Virus record (IMG/VR): IMGVR_UViG_3300021255_002076
Span: 7,148-71,147 of that record
Source: a virus
Lineage: Duplodnaviria; Caudoviricetes
DNA length: 64,000 nt
Direction: 5' to 3' (one strand)
Shown piece after piece: positions 10,225 through 20,707 of the stretch. The notes beneath the pieces were generated by a model. The model was given only the letters and a program-made list of their open reading frames with translations. It ran no database searches and had not been told where the DNA came from. How positions within the stretch are numbered: the stretch's first letter is position 1; each line of letters begins with the position of its first letter. The translations under genes were made by a program, and so were the position numbers.

Positions 10225-10887
10225 GTGGCGCTTAAGATGCTTTTCTATACAACGGGTGGCGGAAAGTTTGCAAAGATAACTGTGTACTGCCCGACAAACA
10301 CTACCGTCGTATGTTCATTGAGCCCGTTTTCCTTCACAAAGAGTAGTGGAAGCGCAACCTCTGTTACGTTCGAAGTACCGGTTAGAGGCACATGGACAAT
10401 AACTGCTACGAAGAATGGCTTATCTGATACAAAGACTGTGAGCGCTACAACGCAGGGTACGACATACACTGTGACGATGTCTATCCGGTATTACATCTTC
10501 AAGTCTGGTGAAGGCGCGAAGGTTGGGATATCCTATTACAATACTAACAACACATATTATAAACCTATTAGAGATGTAAATAGTTTTGATTGTGTATACG
10601 ACGCAGAATATGTAACTAATCATGTCTACACAGACAACACGATAGACCTTGCGCAATTTAGAAAAGTCTATATTGATGCAACCAACCATGGTACTTCTGG
10701 GTCTCTTCACTTTGTGTTGGATACAAATCAGAGCTATTCCGCGAATGATACTGATTTCGATATTATTTGCCCAAGCCGTACAACGTGTGAATTCGATATC
10801 AGTTCTTATAATAGCAGCATGTACCTTGCCATAGTCAACGGCTCTTCTTGGGGTGCAACTTTCTATAACTGGTATCTCGAAGCATAA
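10225..10887 (+). CDS. Putative tail fibre-associated protein
   Basis: Beta-rich, T/Y-rich 220-aa ORF next to the fibre gene. Confidence 0.45.
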   Translation: MALKMLFYTTGGGKFAKITVYCPTNTTVVCSLSPFSFTKSSGSATSVTFEVPVRGTWTITATKNGLSDTKTVSATTQGTTYTVTMSIRYYIFKSGEGAKVGISYYNTNNTYYKPIRDVNSFDCVYDAEYVTNHVYTDNTIDLAQFRKVYIDATNHGTSGSLHFVLDTNQSYSANDTDFDIICPSRTTCEFDISSYNSSMYLAIVNGSSWGATFYNWYLEA

Positions 10888-10900
10888 AGGTGACTGAATT

Positions 10901-12037
10901 ATGAGTATTATTATAAACGGTCCTGCAGAAACTTTAGTCTGTAAGTTCTGCGGGAATTCTTATACCTCCCGTGGTAAAAAAGACTCGGGCTATTGTAAGG
11001 AGTGTGAAGCCAAAATGAAAGGCGATGCAGCTCCGATATCCGGTGGTGATGAAGGTTTTGACATGGTTGAGAACTATGTTAGAGACGCCGAGAATGTAGC
11101 GAACGATAACTCGCATGGCTACTCTCAAGCGAGACGTAACGGCGATCCTGACTATGATTGTTCCAGTCTGGCTAGCAACGTGGTGCAACGAGCAGGTATT
11201 CCTGTGATGGATAAGGGTGCCTCGTATACAGGAAATATGCGAGACGCATTCCTGGCCTGCGGGTTTCAGGACGTGACCAACCAGGTGAACCTCGCTAACT
11301 GTGATGGCATGGTACGAGGGGATATTCTTCTTGAGGACAAAACGCCACAGCATGTCGGAGACCATACCGCAATCTATGTAGGAAATGGACAGATTGTGCA
11401 GGCGGGCGGACCGGATGGGCATCCGGAACCGGGCGATCAAACTGGTAGAGAGATCCGCATTATGCGGTACTACAACTTCCCGTGGAGAGTTGTTCTCCGG
11501 TATCCGCATCGAACCAAGACTACTGACGGCATTAATCCTGTTGTTAATCCTGATCTCCAGCCTTATGAAGATCCTACCCATCAGAACCACGATGATTATC
11601 CTACTTATATAAGATACGGCGACTGGGGGAAAGAGGTTCTTGAAATCCAAAAGAAGCTTAAAGTCCTCGGCTACTATAAAGGTGATCTGGATGGCAAGTT
11701 TGGTGATCAGACCTTTGCAGCGGTTATGCAGTTTCAGGAGAGAAACAGACTGCTCATGGATGGGGAAGTCGGTGAACAAACCAGAGGTAAACTGAACGAG
11801 CGGTATGCTGAAGTGGAAGACAAGACTATCGGCGTACTGGAGCTTGGCCAGATCGTGGAGTTCCTTGGTGGTAAGGCGCGAGTTTCTGCGAATGCTAACT
11901 TCGGAATGAGTTATAACCCGGGTAAGGTTAAGATTACAGCCGTAAGACTAGGTTCCAAACATCCGTATCATGTTGCTCCAATGAAGGACGGTAGCGACGC
12001 ATACGGCTGGGTGGACGGAACACAATTGAAAGTGTGA
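10901..12037 (+). CDS. Endolysin: NlpC/P60 peptidase + peptidoglycan-binding domain
   Basis: Catalytic YDCSS and GDHTA motifs; PG_binding_1-like IQKKLKVLGYY...DGKFG...AVMQFQ...DGEVG. Confidence 0.8.
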   Translation: MSIIINGPAETLVCKFCGNSYTSRGKKDSGYCKECEAKMKGDAAPISGGDEGFDMVENYVRDAENVANDNSHGYSQARRNGDPDYDCSSLASNVVQRAGIPVMDKGASYTGNMRDAFLACGFQDVTNQVNLANCDGMVRGDILLEDKTPQHVGDHTAIYVGNGQIVQAGGPDGHPEPGDQTGREIRIMRYYNFPWRVVLRYPHRTKTTDGINPVVNPDLQPYEDPTHQNHDDYPTYIRYGDWGKEVLEIQKKLKVLGYYKGDLDGKFGDQTFAAVMQFQERNRLLMDGEVGEQTRGKLNERYAEVEDKTIGVLELGQIVEFLGGKARVSANANFGMSYNPGKVKITAVRLGSKHPYHVAPMKDGSDAYGWVDGTQLKV

Positions 12038-12041
12038 TCGA

Positions 12042-15000
12042 ATGGCACAGATAAAATTTGTTGTAATTGGAGATAGGCTTGATCTGATCAAGCCTACTAG
12101 AATTGTGGCGGACTCGCTCAATGCTATATCGATGGCCTTTGACTTTCGAAGCGAAGAGTGGGCCAATGCCGAGAAATGGGTGCACCTGTCGAACCCCGAA
12201 TATAACGATGGCCAGGTGTATGACTTCAATCTCATAGATGATGCGGTAGCCGAAGATAGAGGTCTGTACCTTACTTCAGGTGTTTGGGATTTTTATCTTC
12301 ACGGTATAACGATTGACGAGAACGGTAAAGTTCTTCAGAGGTTTGTTACGGATACGGCATCTCTTATAATAGTTCCATCGGGCGTTCTCGATGGAGAACC
12401 GCTTCCGCCGATTGAGGCAAGTGTCGCAGAACAGATCGATGCAAAAGCTACGCTGGCCCTTAGAGCCGGTGTTACCTCTGTAACGGTTTCCGTTGATGAT
12501 GGAATAGGAGTTCCAAAGGCGGAAGTTGAGCTTACTGACGTTGAAGGCGGAAGAAATCTTGACATCCAGTTCCGCAATCTGAAGGCAAATGGAATATCTG
12601 ATATCAACTTCAGTGACAGTGGGGAACTTACAATAACGCCATTGGTCGGTAACCCAGCTAAGTTTAACGGGATTGCAACTGCAATGGTCAATGAACAGAA
12701 TCGAGTTACCGCAGAGGCCCAGAGACAGACGGCTGAGAATAATAGAAACAGTGCCGAGAATCAAAGGGTAACGGACGAGAATAATAGACAGCAGGCCGAG
12801 ACGGAAAGAGCTTCTGCAGAAACAGCCAGAGCTCAGGCCGAGACGGCGAGAAGTCGAGCAGAAAATGCCAGAGCCGTAGCGGAAACCGAGAGAAATAACA
12901 ACGAAACAAATAGAGAGAATGCAGAGTCTACTCGGAATTCCAATGAAAGAACTCGGCAGGCTAATGAGTCATCTCGTACTTCTGCAGAGACGGCAAGACA
13001 GCAGGATGAGGCAATACGAAGAACGAATGAGTCTGGGCGAGTATCTGCCGAAACAACCAGACAGGCTAATGAGAATATCCGGAAGTCCAACGAGACTACT
13101 AGACAGTCTAACGAGAGTACTCGACAGTCCAATGAAACTACTCGGCAGTCAAACGAGACTACTCGGAATTCTAATGAGAGTACCAGACAGTCTAATGAGA
13201 ACTCAAGAGTGGCTAACGAGCGCACTCGTCAGGACAATGAAGCGGCAAGAGTCCAGGCTGAGAATGCGCGTGTTGCGGAACATGAAGGCCTGATTTCCGA
13301 TTTTACTGTGATTCGTGATGCAGCCCGTTCAGCGCAAACAACTGCTACGAACAAGGCTTCCGAGGCGAGTCAATCTGCGGGCATAGCTTCCGATGCTGCG
13401 GCAGCGGCAGAAGCTGCAAAACGGGAAGCGGCAGAATCTGCAGAAATGCTTATTATTGATGACTCGCTTTCTATAGAAGGAAGAGCAGCGGATGCCAAGA
13501 AAACAGGAGATGCTATTAATGGCCTCAATCTTCTATACGATACAGAGGAGAATCTTCTTTACCTGACGAGTAATGATGAAATCATATCTGATGGAATTCA
13601 TATCATAAGCGGCTCCGGCGGCGGGGGCGGTGGCTCTGATAACGAATATACGGTAAGCCTTGTGAACACCATGGAGAGTCGTAACATCTCTGTGGCTGCC
13701 GGAGTGAACGTGCTGCTTCAGTTTAATTACTCCAGTAAAGATGCAGACGAGAATGACGACGGCGATGGCGTAGGCAGTGTTCTGATAGATAACGTAAGGA
13801 AAGCGACGTTCAATGCTCATCAGGGGGCTAATGCCCTTAATATAACAAATTACCTTACTACCGGAACCAACAGCATCAAGATCCGTGTTGAGAATAGTGA
13901 AGGTACTTACAAGAGTATTTCTTATACAGTCAATGTAATCTCGCTTAGTCTCACCACAACATTCCCGGAGATGTCCATCCAGAATGCCCCAGTGGCATTC
14001 TCCTATACGCCTATCGGTGCTGGAGTCAAGACCATCCATTTCGTTATGGATGGAACTGAGATCGGTACGGCATCTGTTAACGCAAACGGTCGGAGCCAGA
14101 CATTCACGATTCCTGCACAGGCGCATGGTGATCACATATTTGAATGCTATGCCGAACTGACCGTGGATGGCGTTATTATTATTAGTAACATATTAAGATG
14201 CGGTATTGTCTGGGTAGCACAGTCTGCTACGGACGTTATCGTTCTTACGACTTACGAGAATGGAACCGTTGAGCAGGGCGAAACGCTTACGATTCCATAT
14301 ATGGTTTATAATCCGGTGTATGAGACTGCGGATGTAACGCTCTCTGTAATTGCTGACGGCGAGACGTACAGCACGAAAGAACTTACCGGTGTTGACCGTA
14401 CGGAGCAATCCTGGATTGTACAGGACTATCCGGAGGGAACTGTTACATTCAGAATAGCTTCTGGCAATGTCAGCAAAGACATTACGATGACTGTTACGGA
14501 AAGTGGTATTATTATTGAGCCGACTACGGACAGCCTTGTTCTGGTCTTTGATCCTTCGGGAAGAAGTAACGGCGAAGAGAATCCTGCTACATGGTCTTAT
14601 GAGAGTATAGTCGGTTCGTTCACTGGTTTCGGATGGAGTGCGGCTGACGGTTGGCTTCACGATTCTGATGGGGCCTCTGTTCTTAGATTCCTTCCTGGGG
14701 ATACGATGACTATTCCGCTCCAGCCGTTTGCATCCGACGCCCGAGAGACTGGCTATACAATCGAAGTGGAGCTCGCAACGCGAGACGTACGTGACTACGA
14801 GAGTATCGTACTTTCGTGTATGAGTGGAGATCGCGGTATTCAGATCCGTTCACAAGAAGCCAGACTCGCATCTGAACAGTCCGGTGTCTCGATGCTGTTT
14901 AAAGAAGATTCCCGTGTTCGTGTCGCATTCTCAATTGAGGACCGTAACCAGAATCGTCTTATTTATATTTACATTAACGGTGTCATGTGCGGAGTCACAC

Positions 15001-18000
15001 AATACCCGACGAATGATAACTTCAGCCAGACGACTCCTGTTGGCTTTACAATCGGTGCGGAGAGTTGTGGTATCGACCTCTATAAGATTCGTTGCTATAC
15101 GAAAGGACTTACCAGAGCCGAGCAGCTGGATAACTTCATTGCGGACAGATCTACACTTTCTGAGCGTAAGGATGCAGCAGAACGGAACGATGTTCTGAAC
15201 GATAATGATGAAGTATCTCCGGCGAAATTGCCGACAGACCTTCCGTATATTGTTCTAAGATGCGCTCAGCTGCCTCAGTATAAGGGCGATAAGAAGTCGG
15301 GGGTCGAAGCAGAGTTTATCGACAGACAGAATTCTAATCGTAGCTGGATCGCCAACGGTGTAGAGCTTGACGTTCAGGGTACTTCTTCACAGTATTATCC
15401 GATTAAGAACTATAAGATCAAGCTTAAGAAAGGCATTACCTATACCGCTTCGGGTCAGACACTTGGAGGATTTCCGATCCACGACGGCGAGATTCCGACT
15501 AAGACAATTTGCTATAAAGCCGACTTTGCGTCAAGCGAGAACGCGAACAACGTTGTTCTGGCTAAGTTCTATAATGATATTGTTCCTTATGCTACGCCTC
15601 CTCAGGAAGAAGACAGTCGTGTGCGTCAGGGTATAGATGGTATTCCCATTGCTTTGTTCTGGGAAGACACTGCCTCCGGCACGATCAGCTTCCTCGGAAA
15701 AGGCAACTGTAACGTGGATAAGGGTAATGAGAACATATTTGGATTCTCTGAGGACTATCCTAATGCAGAGAGCTGGGAATTTCTGAATAACACTTCAAGC
15801 CGTACTCTGTTTAAGAGCGACGACTTCACATCTATGGGTGTGGACGAAGATGGCAAGCCTATCAAAGCATGGCAGAACGACTTCGAAGCCCGATATCCGG
15901 AGGATTCTCTGGATATTGACAGCTTTGCAAGTCTTGTATCCTGGGTTAAGTCTACTGACCGCGATGCAGTGAACACAGCGGAAGAGAAAGAAGCGAGACT
16001 CCAGAAGTTCGCAAACGAGTTCGAGGATCACTTCATTAAAGATGCGATGATATTCTATTACATCTTTACTGAGACATTCCTAATGGTGGATAACAGAGCG
16101 AAGAACATGTTCATCACCACGTTTGATGGAACGCACTGGTTCCCACTGCCTTACGACTTTGATACTGCAATTGGTATCAACAACGAAGGTGCATTGGTAT
16201 TCGACTACAATCTGGAAGACACTGACCTCGTAAATGGATCTGAGGTATTTAACGGCCAGTCTTCAGTTCTCTGGAATAATGTACGTGACGCATTCCAGAC
16301 AGAGATCGCGGCTATGTATAAGAACCTGCGAAGCCAGAACGATGGTGATCCGTCGCATGAAGCTCCGTTCAGTTACTACAGAGTAGCAAAGCTCTTCACG
16401 GAACATCAGAGCGTATGGCCTGAAGCTATCTGGAATGAAGACGCATTTGTTAAGTATCTCCAGCCCTATCTGCTTGAAGGTAAGGACTATCTCGGTATGC
16501 TCCAGGGTAACAAAGCTTCCCAGCGTGATTGGTGGCTGTTTAATGCATTCTGCTATCGCGACAGTAAGTATCAGTGCGGTTATGCAGCGAACAAGACCAT
16601 TAACCTTCGATGCTATGCTGTTGGAGATATTACAATCACTCCGTACTCTCACATTTACGGACGTGTGAAGTACGGTTCTTACACTGTTTCTAAACGATGC
16701 ACTCGTAACCAGAGCTATGTGATGGAATGCGGTCTTGACAAGATGAACGATACAGAAACGTATGTTTATTCTGCAGACCGAATTGCATCTGTTGGCGATC
16801 TGAGCCATTTGCTTATTGGTCAGGCTGATTTCTCCGCCGCTGTGAAACTCCAGAGTATCAAAATAGGGGATGAGGATTCTTCGTTTGAGAACCTGAATCT
16901 CGGCACTGGCTCTAACCGTCTGAGTGTGGGTAACAACGAGCTGCTCACCAGCGTTAACGTCGCTAACTGTAAGGCGTTTGGAACCGGTGATCAGAAGTCT
17001 CTGGATCTTAGCGGCTGTTCCGGTTTGCGCTATGTGACTGCTATCGGCACTCAGCTTAAGGGCATCGACCTTCCGAACGGCGGTCATCTGGAAACTTTGA
17101 GACTTCCTGCTACGATTACGAACTTTACAATCCTTAACCAGAAAGATCTTACGAATCTGTATTTTGAGGGCCAGGGAAATATTGAAACGTTGCGTGTAGA
17201 GGGGACTCCTAATGTTCCGATTCATACGTTAGTTTCTGAGAATCCCAACCTTAACCGAGTTCGTCTGATCGGAGTTGAGTGGACAGAGGAAAGCGAAGCG
17301 TCACTTACTACCGTTATCCGCAAGCTTGAGAGCTGTATTGGTATGAGCGCCACTGGTGCTAATACAGACCATGCAATTGTGAACGGGCGAGTAAGCGTAC
17401 CGTCCATCAGCGGCGAGCTGCTTGCTGAGATTAGCGATAACTTCCCTGAATTGGTCGTGGTAGCTAATAATGTTCCTCAGTATGTTATCAGGTTTGTTAA
17501 CTACGACAACACGATTCTTTACCGTCAGGTCGTAGCTGAGGGCGGAAATGCTGTTAACCCGGTTACCGCTGGACAGATCAGCGCTCCTACGAGACCTAAT
17601 AATGAGGATACCGGATATCAGTTCCGTGATTTCGGTACTCTACCGACGAATGTGCATGGGAACTTTGTACTGGTTGCACAGTACGATTCCACTTACCGTG
17701 TACTGTTTATGAACGGCGAGACAGTATTCAGTACGAAGTGGGTTCTGCACGGAGGTAATAGTGCAAATCCAGGTACACCGACGAAAGCGCCTTCTCCCCA
17801 GTACACTTATACGTTTGTTGGATGGAGTAGAACTGACGGCGGTACGGTAGATTCGACGGCACTGCAGAATGTAACAGCGCCTCGGATTTTGTATGCGGTT
17901 TATACGAGTGTTGTTCGTACGTTTACGGTTCGGTTCTATAACGGCAGTACTTTGCTTCAGACGTTTACGAATGTAGCATATGGTGACAGTGTAACGTATA

Positions 18001-18917
18001 CTGGCGAAACGCCGACTAATAGTAATCCGGACTTTGTGTTTATTGGATTTAATCCTGATGGTACGAATGTAACGGATGATCTTGATTGTATGGCAGTGTT
18101 TAAGGATACGTCGAGTGTTACAAGAGCAATCATTAAGAGATCTGTTACTTCGGTAGAGAATGACACTGTAGAGTCCATCGGCACCTACGCGTTTCGAGGC
18201 TGCTCCGGACTAACCTCCGTTTCGTTCCCAGCAGCTACGTCCATCGGCACCTACGCGTTTCAGAGCTGCTCCAAACTAACCTCCGTTTCGTTCCCAGTAG
18301 CTACGTCCATCGGCAAAGAGACGTTTTATAGCTGCACCAAACTAACCTCCGTATCGTTCCCGGTAGCCACGAGTATCGGCGTCAGCGCGTTTCGAAGCTG
18401 CACCGGACTAACCGATATCTCATTCCCACTCGTTACGTCCATCGGAGACAATGCGTTTAGGGACTGCCTCAAACTAACCTCCGCATCGTTCCCGGTAGCC
18501 ACGAGTATCGGCGAAAACGCGTTTATTAGCTGCTCCAAACTAACCTCCGTTTCGTTCCCAGTTGTTGAAAGCGTGGTCGGCAGCACGTTTAGGGAATGCA
18601 CCCAACTAACCTCCGTATCGCTCCCGAAACTTACAAGTATCGCCAGCAACATGTTTTTTGGCTGCACCGGACTAACTGATATTTCGTTTCCAGCAGTTAC
18701 GTACATCGGTGGCTCCGCGTTTTATGGCTGCACCGGACTAACTACTTTACGGCTTGAGAACACAGAACAAGTGTGCACCCTATCTTTTGAGACTGCTTTT
18801 ACTAATGCATCTAATTGCATCATTTACGTTCCCGATGCTTTAGTTGACAGTTATAAAGCTGCAAATAACTGGTCCCTTTATGCGGATAGAATACACTCGC
18901 TGAGTGAATTGAATTAA
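12042..18917 (+). CDS. Large tail/receptor-binding protein (coiled coil, LamG-like, CotH-kinase-like, C-terminal BspA LRR)
   Basis: 2291 aa with heptad RQSNETT repeats, DNRAKN/YDFD motifs and a C-terminal IGxxAFxxCxxLTSVSFP array. Confidence 0.7.
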   Translation: MAQIKFVVIGDRLDLIKPTRIVADSLNAISMAFDFRSEEWANAEKWVHLSNPEYNDGQVYDFNLIDDAVAEDRGLYLTSGVWDFYLHGITIDENGKVLQRFVTDTASLIIVPSGVLDGEPLPPIEASVAEQIDAKATLALRAGVTSVTVSVDDGIGVPKAEVELTDVEGGRNLDIQFRNLKANGISDINFSDSGELTITPLVGNPAKFNGIATAMVNEQNRVTAEAQRQTAENNRNSAENQRVTDENNRQQAETERASAETARAQAETARSRAENARAVAETERNNNETNRENAESTRNSNERTRQANESSRTSAETARQQDEAIRRTNESGRVSAETTRQANENIRKSNETTRQSNESTRQSNETTRQSNETTRNSNESTRQSNENSRVANERTRQDNEAARVQAENARVAEHEGLISDFTVIRDAARSAQTTATNKASEASQSAGIASDAAAAAEAAKREAAESAEMLIIDDSLSIEGRAADAKKTGDAINGLNLLYDTEENLLYLTSNDEIISDGIHIISGSGGGGGGSDNEYTVSLVNTMESRNISVAAGVNVLLQFNYSSKDADENDDGDGVGSVLIDNVRKATFNAHQGANALNITNYLTTGTNSIKIRVENSEGTYKSISYTVNVISLSLTTTFPEMSIQNAPVAFSYTPIGAGVKTIHFVMDGTEIGTASVNANGRSQTFTIPAQAHGDHIFECYAELTVDGVIIISNILRCGIVWVAQSATDVIVLTTYENGTVEQGETLTIPYMVYNPVYETADVTLSVIADGETYSTKELTGVDRTEQSWIVQDYPEGTVTFRIASGNVSKDITMTVTESGIIIEPTTDSLVLVFDPSGRSNGEENPATWSYESIVGSFTGFGWSAADGWLHDSDGASVLRFLPGDTMTIPLQPFASDARETGYTIEVELATRDVRDYESIVLSCMSGDRGIQIRSQEARLASEQSGVSMLFKEDSRVRVAFSIEDRNQNRLIYIYINGVMCGVTQYPTNDNFSQTTPVGFTIGAESCGIDLYKIRCYTKGLTRAEQLDNFIADRSTLSERKDAAERNDVLNDNDEVSPAKLPTDLPYIVLRCAQLPQYKGDKKSGVEAEFIDRQNSNRSWIANGVELDVQGTSSQYYPIKNYKIKLKKGITYTASGQTLGGFPIHDGEIPTKTICYKADFASSENANNVVLAKFYNDIVPYATPPQEEDSRVRQGIDGIPIALFWEDTASGTISFLGKGNCNVDKGNENIFGFSEDYPNAESWEFLNNTSSRTLFKSDDFTSMGVDEDGKPIKAWQNDFEARYPEDSLDIDSFASLVSWVKSTDRDAVNTAEEKEARLQKFANEFEDHFIKDAMIFYYIFTETFLMVDNRAKNMFITTFDGTHWFPLPYDFDTAIGINNEGALVFDYNLEDTDLVNGSEVFNGQSSVLWNNVRDAFQTEIAAMYKNLRSQNDGDPSHEAPFSYYRVAKLFTEHQSVWPEAIWNEDAFVKYLQPYLLEGKDYLGMLQGNKASQRDWWLFNAFCYRDSKYQCGYAANKTINLRCYAVGDITITPYSHIYGRVKYGSYTVSKRCTRNQSYVMECGLDKMNDTETYVYSADRIASVGDLSHLLIGQADFSAAVKLQSIKIGDEDSSFENLNLGTGSNRLSVGNNELLTSVNVANCKAFGTGDQKSLDLSGCSGLRYVTAIGTQLKGIDLPNGGHLETLRLPATITNFTILNQKDLTNLYFEGQGNIETLRVEGTPNVPIHTLVSENPNLNRVRLIGVEWTEESEASLTTVIRKLESCIGMSATGANTDHAIVNGRVSVPSISGELLAEISDNFPELVVVANNVPQYVIRFVNYDNTILYRQVVAEGGNAVNPVTAGQISAPTRPNNEDTGYQFRDFGTLPTNVHGNFVLVAQYDSTYRVLFMNGETVFSTKWVLHGGNSANPGTPTKAPSPQYTYTFVGWSRTDGGTVDSTALQNVTAPRILYAVYTSVVRTFTVRFYNGSTLLQTFTNVAYGDSVTYTGETPTNSNPDFVFIGFNPDGTNVTDDLDCMAVFKDTSSVTRAIIKRSVTSVENDTVESIGTYAFRGCSGLTSVSFPAATSIGTYAFQSCSKLTSVSFPVATSIGKETFYSCTKLTSVSFPVATSIGVSAFRSCTGLTDISFPLVTSIGDNAFRDCLKLTSASFPVATSIGENAFISCSKLTSVSFPVVESVVGSTFRECTQLTSVSLPKLTSIASNMFFGCTGLTDISFPAVTYIGGSAFYGCTGLTTLRLENTEQVCTLSFETAFTNASNCIIYVPDALVDSYKAANNWSLYADRIHSLSELN
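12900..13260 (+). repeat. 21-bp / 7-aa coiled-coil repeats (RQSNETT-like)
   Basis: Visible tandem repeats in both protein and DNA. Confidence 0.7.
18177..18770 (+). repeat. Nine 66-bp (22-aa) BspA/LRR_5 repeat units
   Basis: Units start at 18177 with a 66-nt period and share atc ggc ... gcg ttt ... tgc ... cta acc tcc. Confidence 0.85.
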
Positions 18918-18930
18918 GAAGAGGTGAAAC

Positions 18931-19317
18931 ATGCCTACTAATACAATAGACCAACTTGGTGATTCTGTAGCAGCTGCTCAGTTGATAGACAGATCAATAG
19001 ATTCCTTCACCGATGATACCGTTACGTCCATCGGCACCTACGCGTTTTATGGCTGCGCCGAACTAACCTCCGCATCGTTCCCAGCAGCTACATTCATCGG
19101 CGCCAGCGCGTTTTTTAGCTGCTCCAAACTAACTACTTTACGGCTTGAGAACACAGAACAAGTCTGTACTTTATTTAATGTTAATGCTTTTTATAACACG
19201 TCTAGAGACTTGATTGTATATGTTCCCGATGCTTTAGTTGACAGCTACAAAGCTGCAACTAACTGGTCCACTTATGCAAGCAGAATTAATGGGATCAGTG
19301 AATTACCGGCAACCTAA
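18931..19317 (+). CDS. Small BspA-type LRR protein, paralogue of the tail-protein C-terminus
   Basis: Two LRR units plus a cap; shares long identical DNA stretches (e.g. ctaactactttacggcttgagaacacagaacaagt) with 18740-18880. Confidence 0.75.
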   Translation: MPTNTIDQLGDSVAAAQLIDRSIDSFTDDTVTSIGTYAFYGCAELTSASFPAATFIGASAFFSCSKLTTLRLENTEQVCTLFNVNAFYNTSRDLIVYVPDALVDSYKAATNWSTYASRINGISELPAT

Positions 19318-19330
19318 TATCCAAAAAACA

Positions 19331-19364
19331 GGAAGTGAGTATGTCCTACCTCATACTCACTTCC
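19331..19364 (+). terminator. Perfect 13-bp hairpin after the LRR genes
   Basis: GGAAGTGAGTATG-TCCTACCT-CATACTCACTTCC; no U-tract. Confidence 0.4.
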
Positions 19365-19434
19365 ACACTATTTAACGAGGTAACTATTTTTATGCTTGAC
19401 AGAGACGAGCTGGAAATGTTCGTAACGGACATGA

Positions 19435-19680
19435 TTGACAACAAATGGACTACAAGTTCTTCTAAGGAGAATAAATAAAATGATCTCTATTATACTATTA
19501 TCTCTCGCAATTCTCATTCTGGTATTAACAGATGCGATGCTTTTCAAGAAGGTAGTTGATCTTGAAGGCGTCGTCGATTCCCATTGGAAAGCCATTCAAC
19601 GAGAGACGGAAATGCTTCGGTTTGAAATGAAAGGCAAGGATTACTACGATGACCCAAGCTACAGAGAAGATGGAGAATGA
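19435..19680 (+). CDS. Small membrane protein
   Basis: Single hydrophobic segment; the real start may be an internal Met after AAGGAG. Confidence 0.45.
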   Translation: MTTNGLQVLLRRINKMISIILLSLAILILVLTDAMLFKKVVDLEGVVDSHWKAIQRETEMLRFEMKGKDYYDDPSYREDGE

Positions 19681-19831
19681 TCTGCCGAAGTGCAGAAAAT
19701 GCGGACAGCCGGTACCAGCAGGGAAGGATCTCTGCTGGTGCTGCGAACACGAGCCAAAGCTAGGGCTCAATAAAGGTAATCACACCTGCGGGGTTGACAG
19801 TTGTGAAATAGACTTTACTCAGAAAGGGTGA
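19649..19831 (+). CDS. Small Cys-rich (Zn-finger-like) protein
   Basis: CRKC...CWCC motif. Confidence 0.45.
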   Translation: MTQATEKMENDLPKCRKCGQPVPAGKDLCWCCEHEPKLGLNKGNHTCGVDSCEIDFTQKG

Positions 19832-20289
19832 TTCCAATGGACGGGGCAATTCTCGCAAAGGTGGAACTAATTAAAGCCTGGATACCCGCTGTGGTGCAGT
19901 TAATAATTACGGTTGGCGCTATTGCAGTTGCGATTATTGACAACAGGAAAAAAACCGAGGCGAGTCTGGCAGCGATTGGTGAAAAGGTCGAGACTCTGAA
20001 TACGAAACTCGACAAGCACATCAAAGAGAACGAGTTTGACAACGCAAAGCAGGTTCGAGTAAGGATATTGAGATTTTATGATGAACTTTGTCGGGCGATG
20101 TCACGGGGTGAAATACCATGCTCGGAGAGTCACTTCGAGGACATCCTGGACGATGTCAGTTATTATAAGCGATTCGTTATAGAACATCCCGATTTCAAGA
20201 ACAGTCGTGGAGAAGTTGCTATGGAATATATAGAGAAGACATACCACGAGATAAAAACAAACGGCGGCTTTCTGGTACATGCGCCATGA
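19828..20289 (+). CDS. Holin-like membrane protein
   Basis: N-terminal TM helix followed by a coiled coil; RVRILRFYDE...KN pattern commonly seen in Clostridia phage lysis regions. Confidence 0.5.
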   Translation: MIPMDGAILAKVELIKAWIPAVVQLIITVGAIAVAIIDNRKKTEASLAAIGEKVETLNTKLDKHIKENEFDNAKQVRVRILRFYDELCRAMSRGEIPCSESHFEDILDDVSYYKRFVIEHPDFKNSRGEVAMEYIEKTYHEIKTNGGFLVHAP

Positions 20290-20393
20290 TCGAGAACGGA
20301 TTGGTTTTTACGATATTCGCGCTGTTCTGCTTATATGCATGGGCAGTGAGTAACGATGACCATCATCGAAGACCCTAAGGAGGGTGATACAAT

Positions 20394-20699
20394 ATGAGTG
20401 ACGAAATGAAAAAGAGTCTCGCAAAGAAATTTACTTCTCGTAAATTCTGGATGGCTGTAGCCGGTTTCATCGCAAACATCCTCGTACTCGCCGGTGGAAG
20501 CGCCGGAACAACCGAGCGAATCACCGCCATGATTATGGCAGGTGGTATGATTATTGCCTATATCATAGGCGAGGGTTTCGCAGACGGATCTCCTAAAGAA
20601 TACAATTACTATTACCAGGGTAATGGGGAAGTACAGTACGGTGATGCTATGGGGCATGATAATGGAATTGGATACGGAAATGAAATCATACAGCAATAA
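20394..20699 (+). CDS. Holin
   Basis: KFTSRKFW motif and two TM segments. Confidence 0.6.
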   Translation: MSDEMKKSLAKKFTSRKFWMAVAGFIANILVLAGGSAGTTERITAMIMAGGMIIAYIIGEGFADGSPKEYNYYYQGNGEVQYGDAMGHDNGIGYGNEIIQQ

Positions 20700-20707
20700 A
20701 CAACATA

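Noticed and set aside
18177-19400. Complete DGR or CRISPR array
   Set aside because: No reverse transcriptase or AAC-rich template in the window. The repeats are in-frame coding LRR units, not repeat-spacer.
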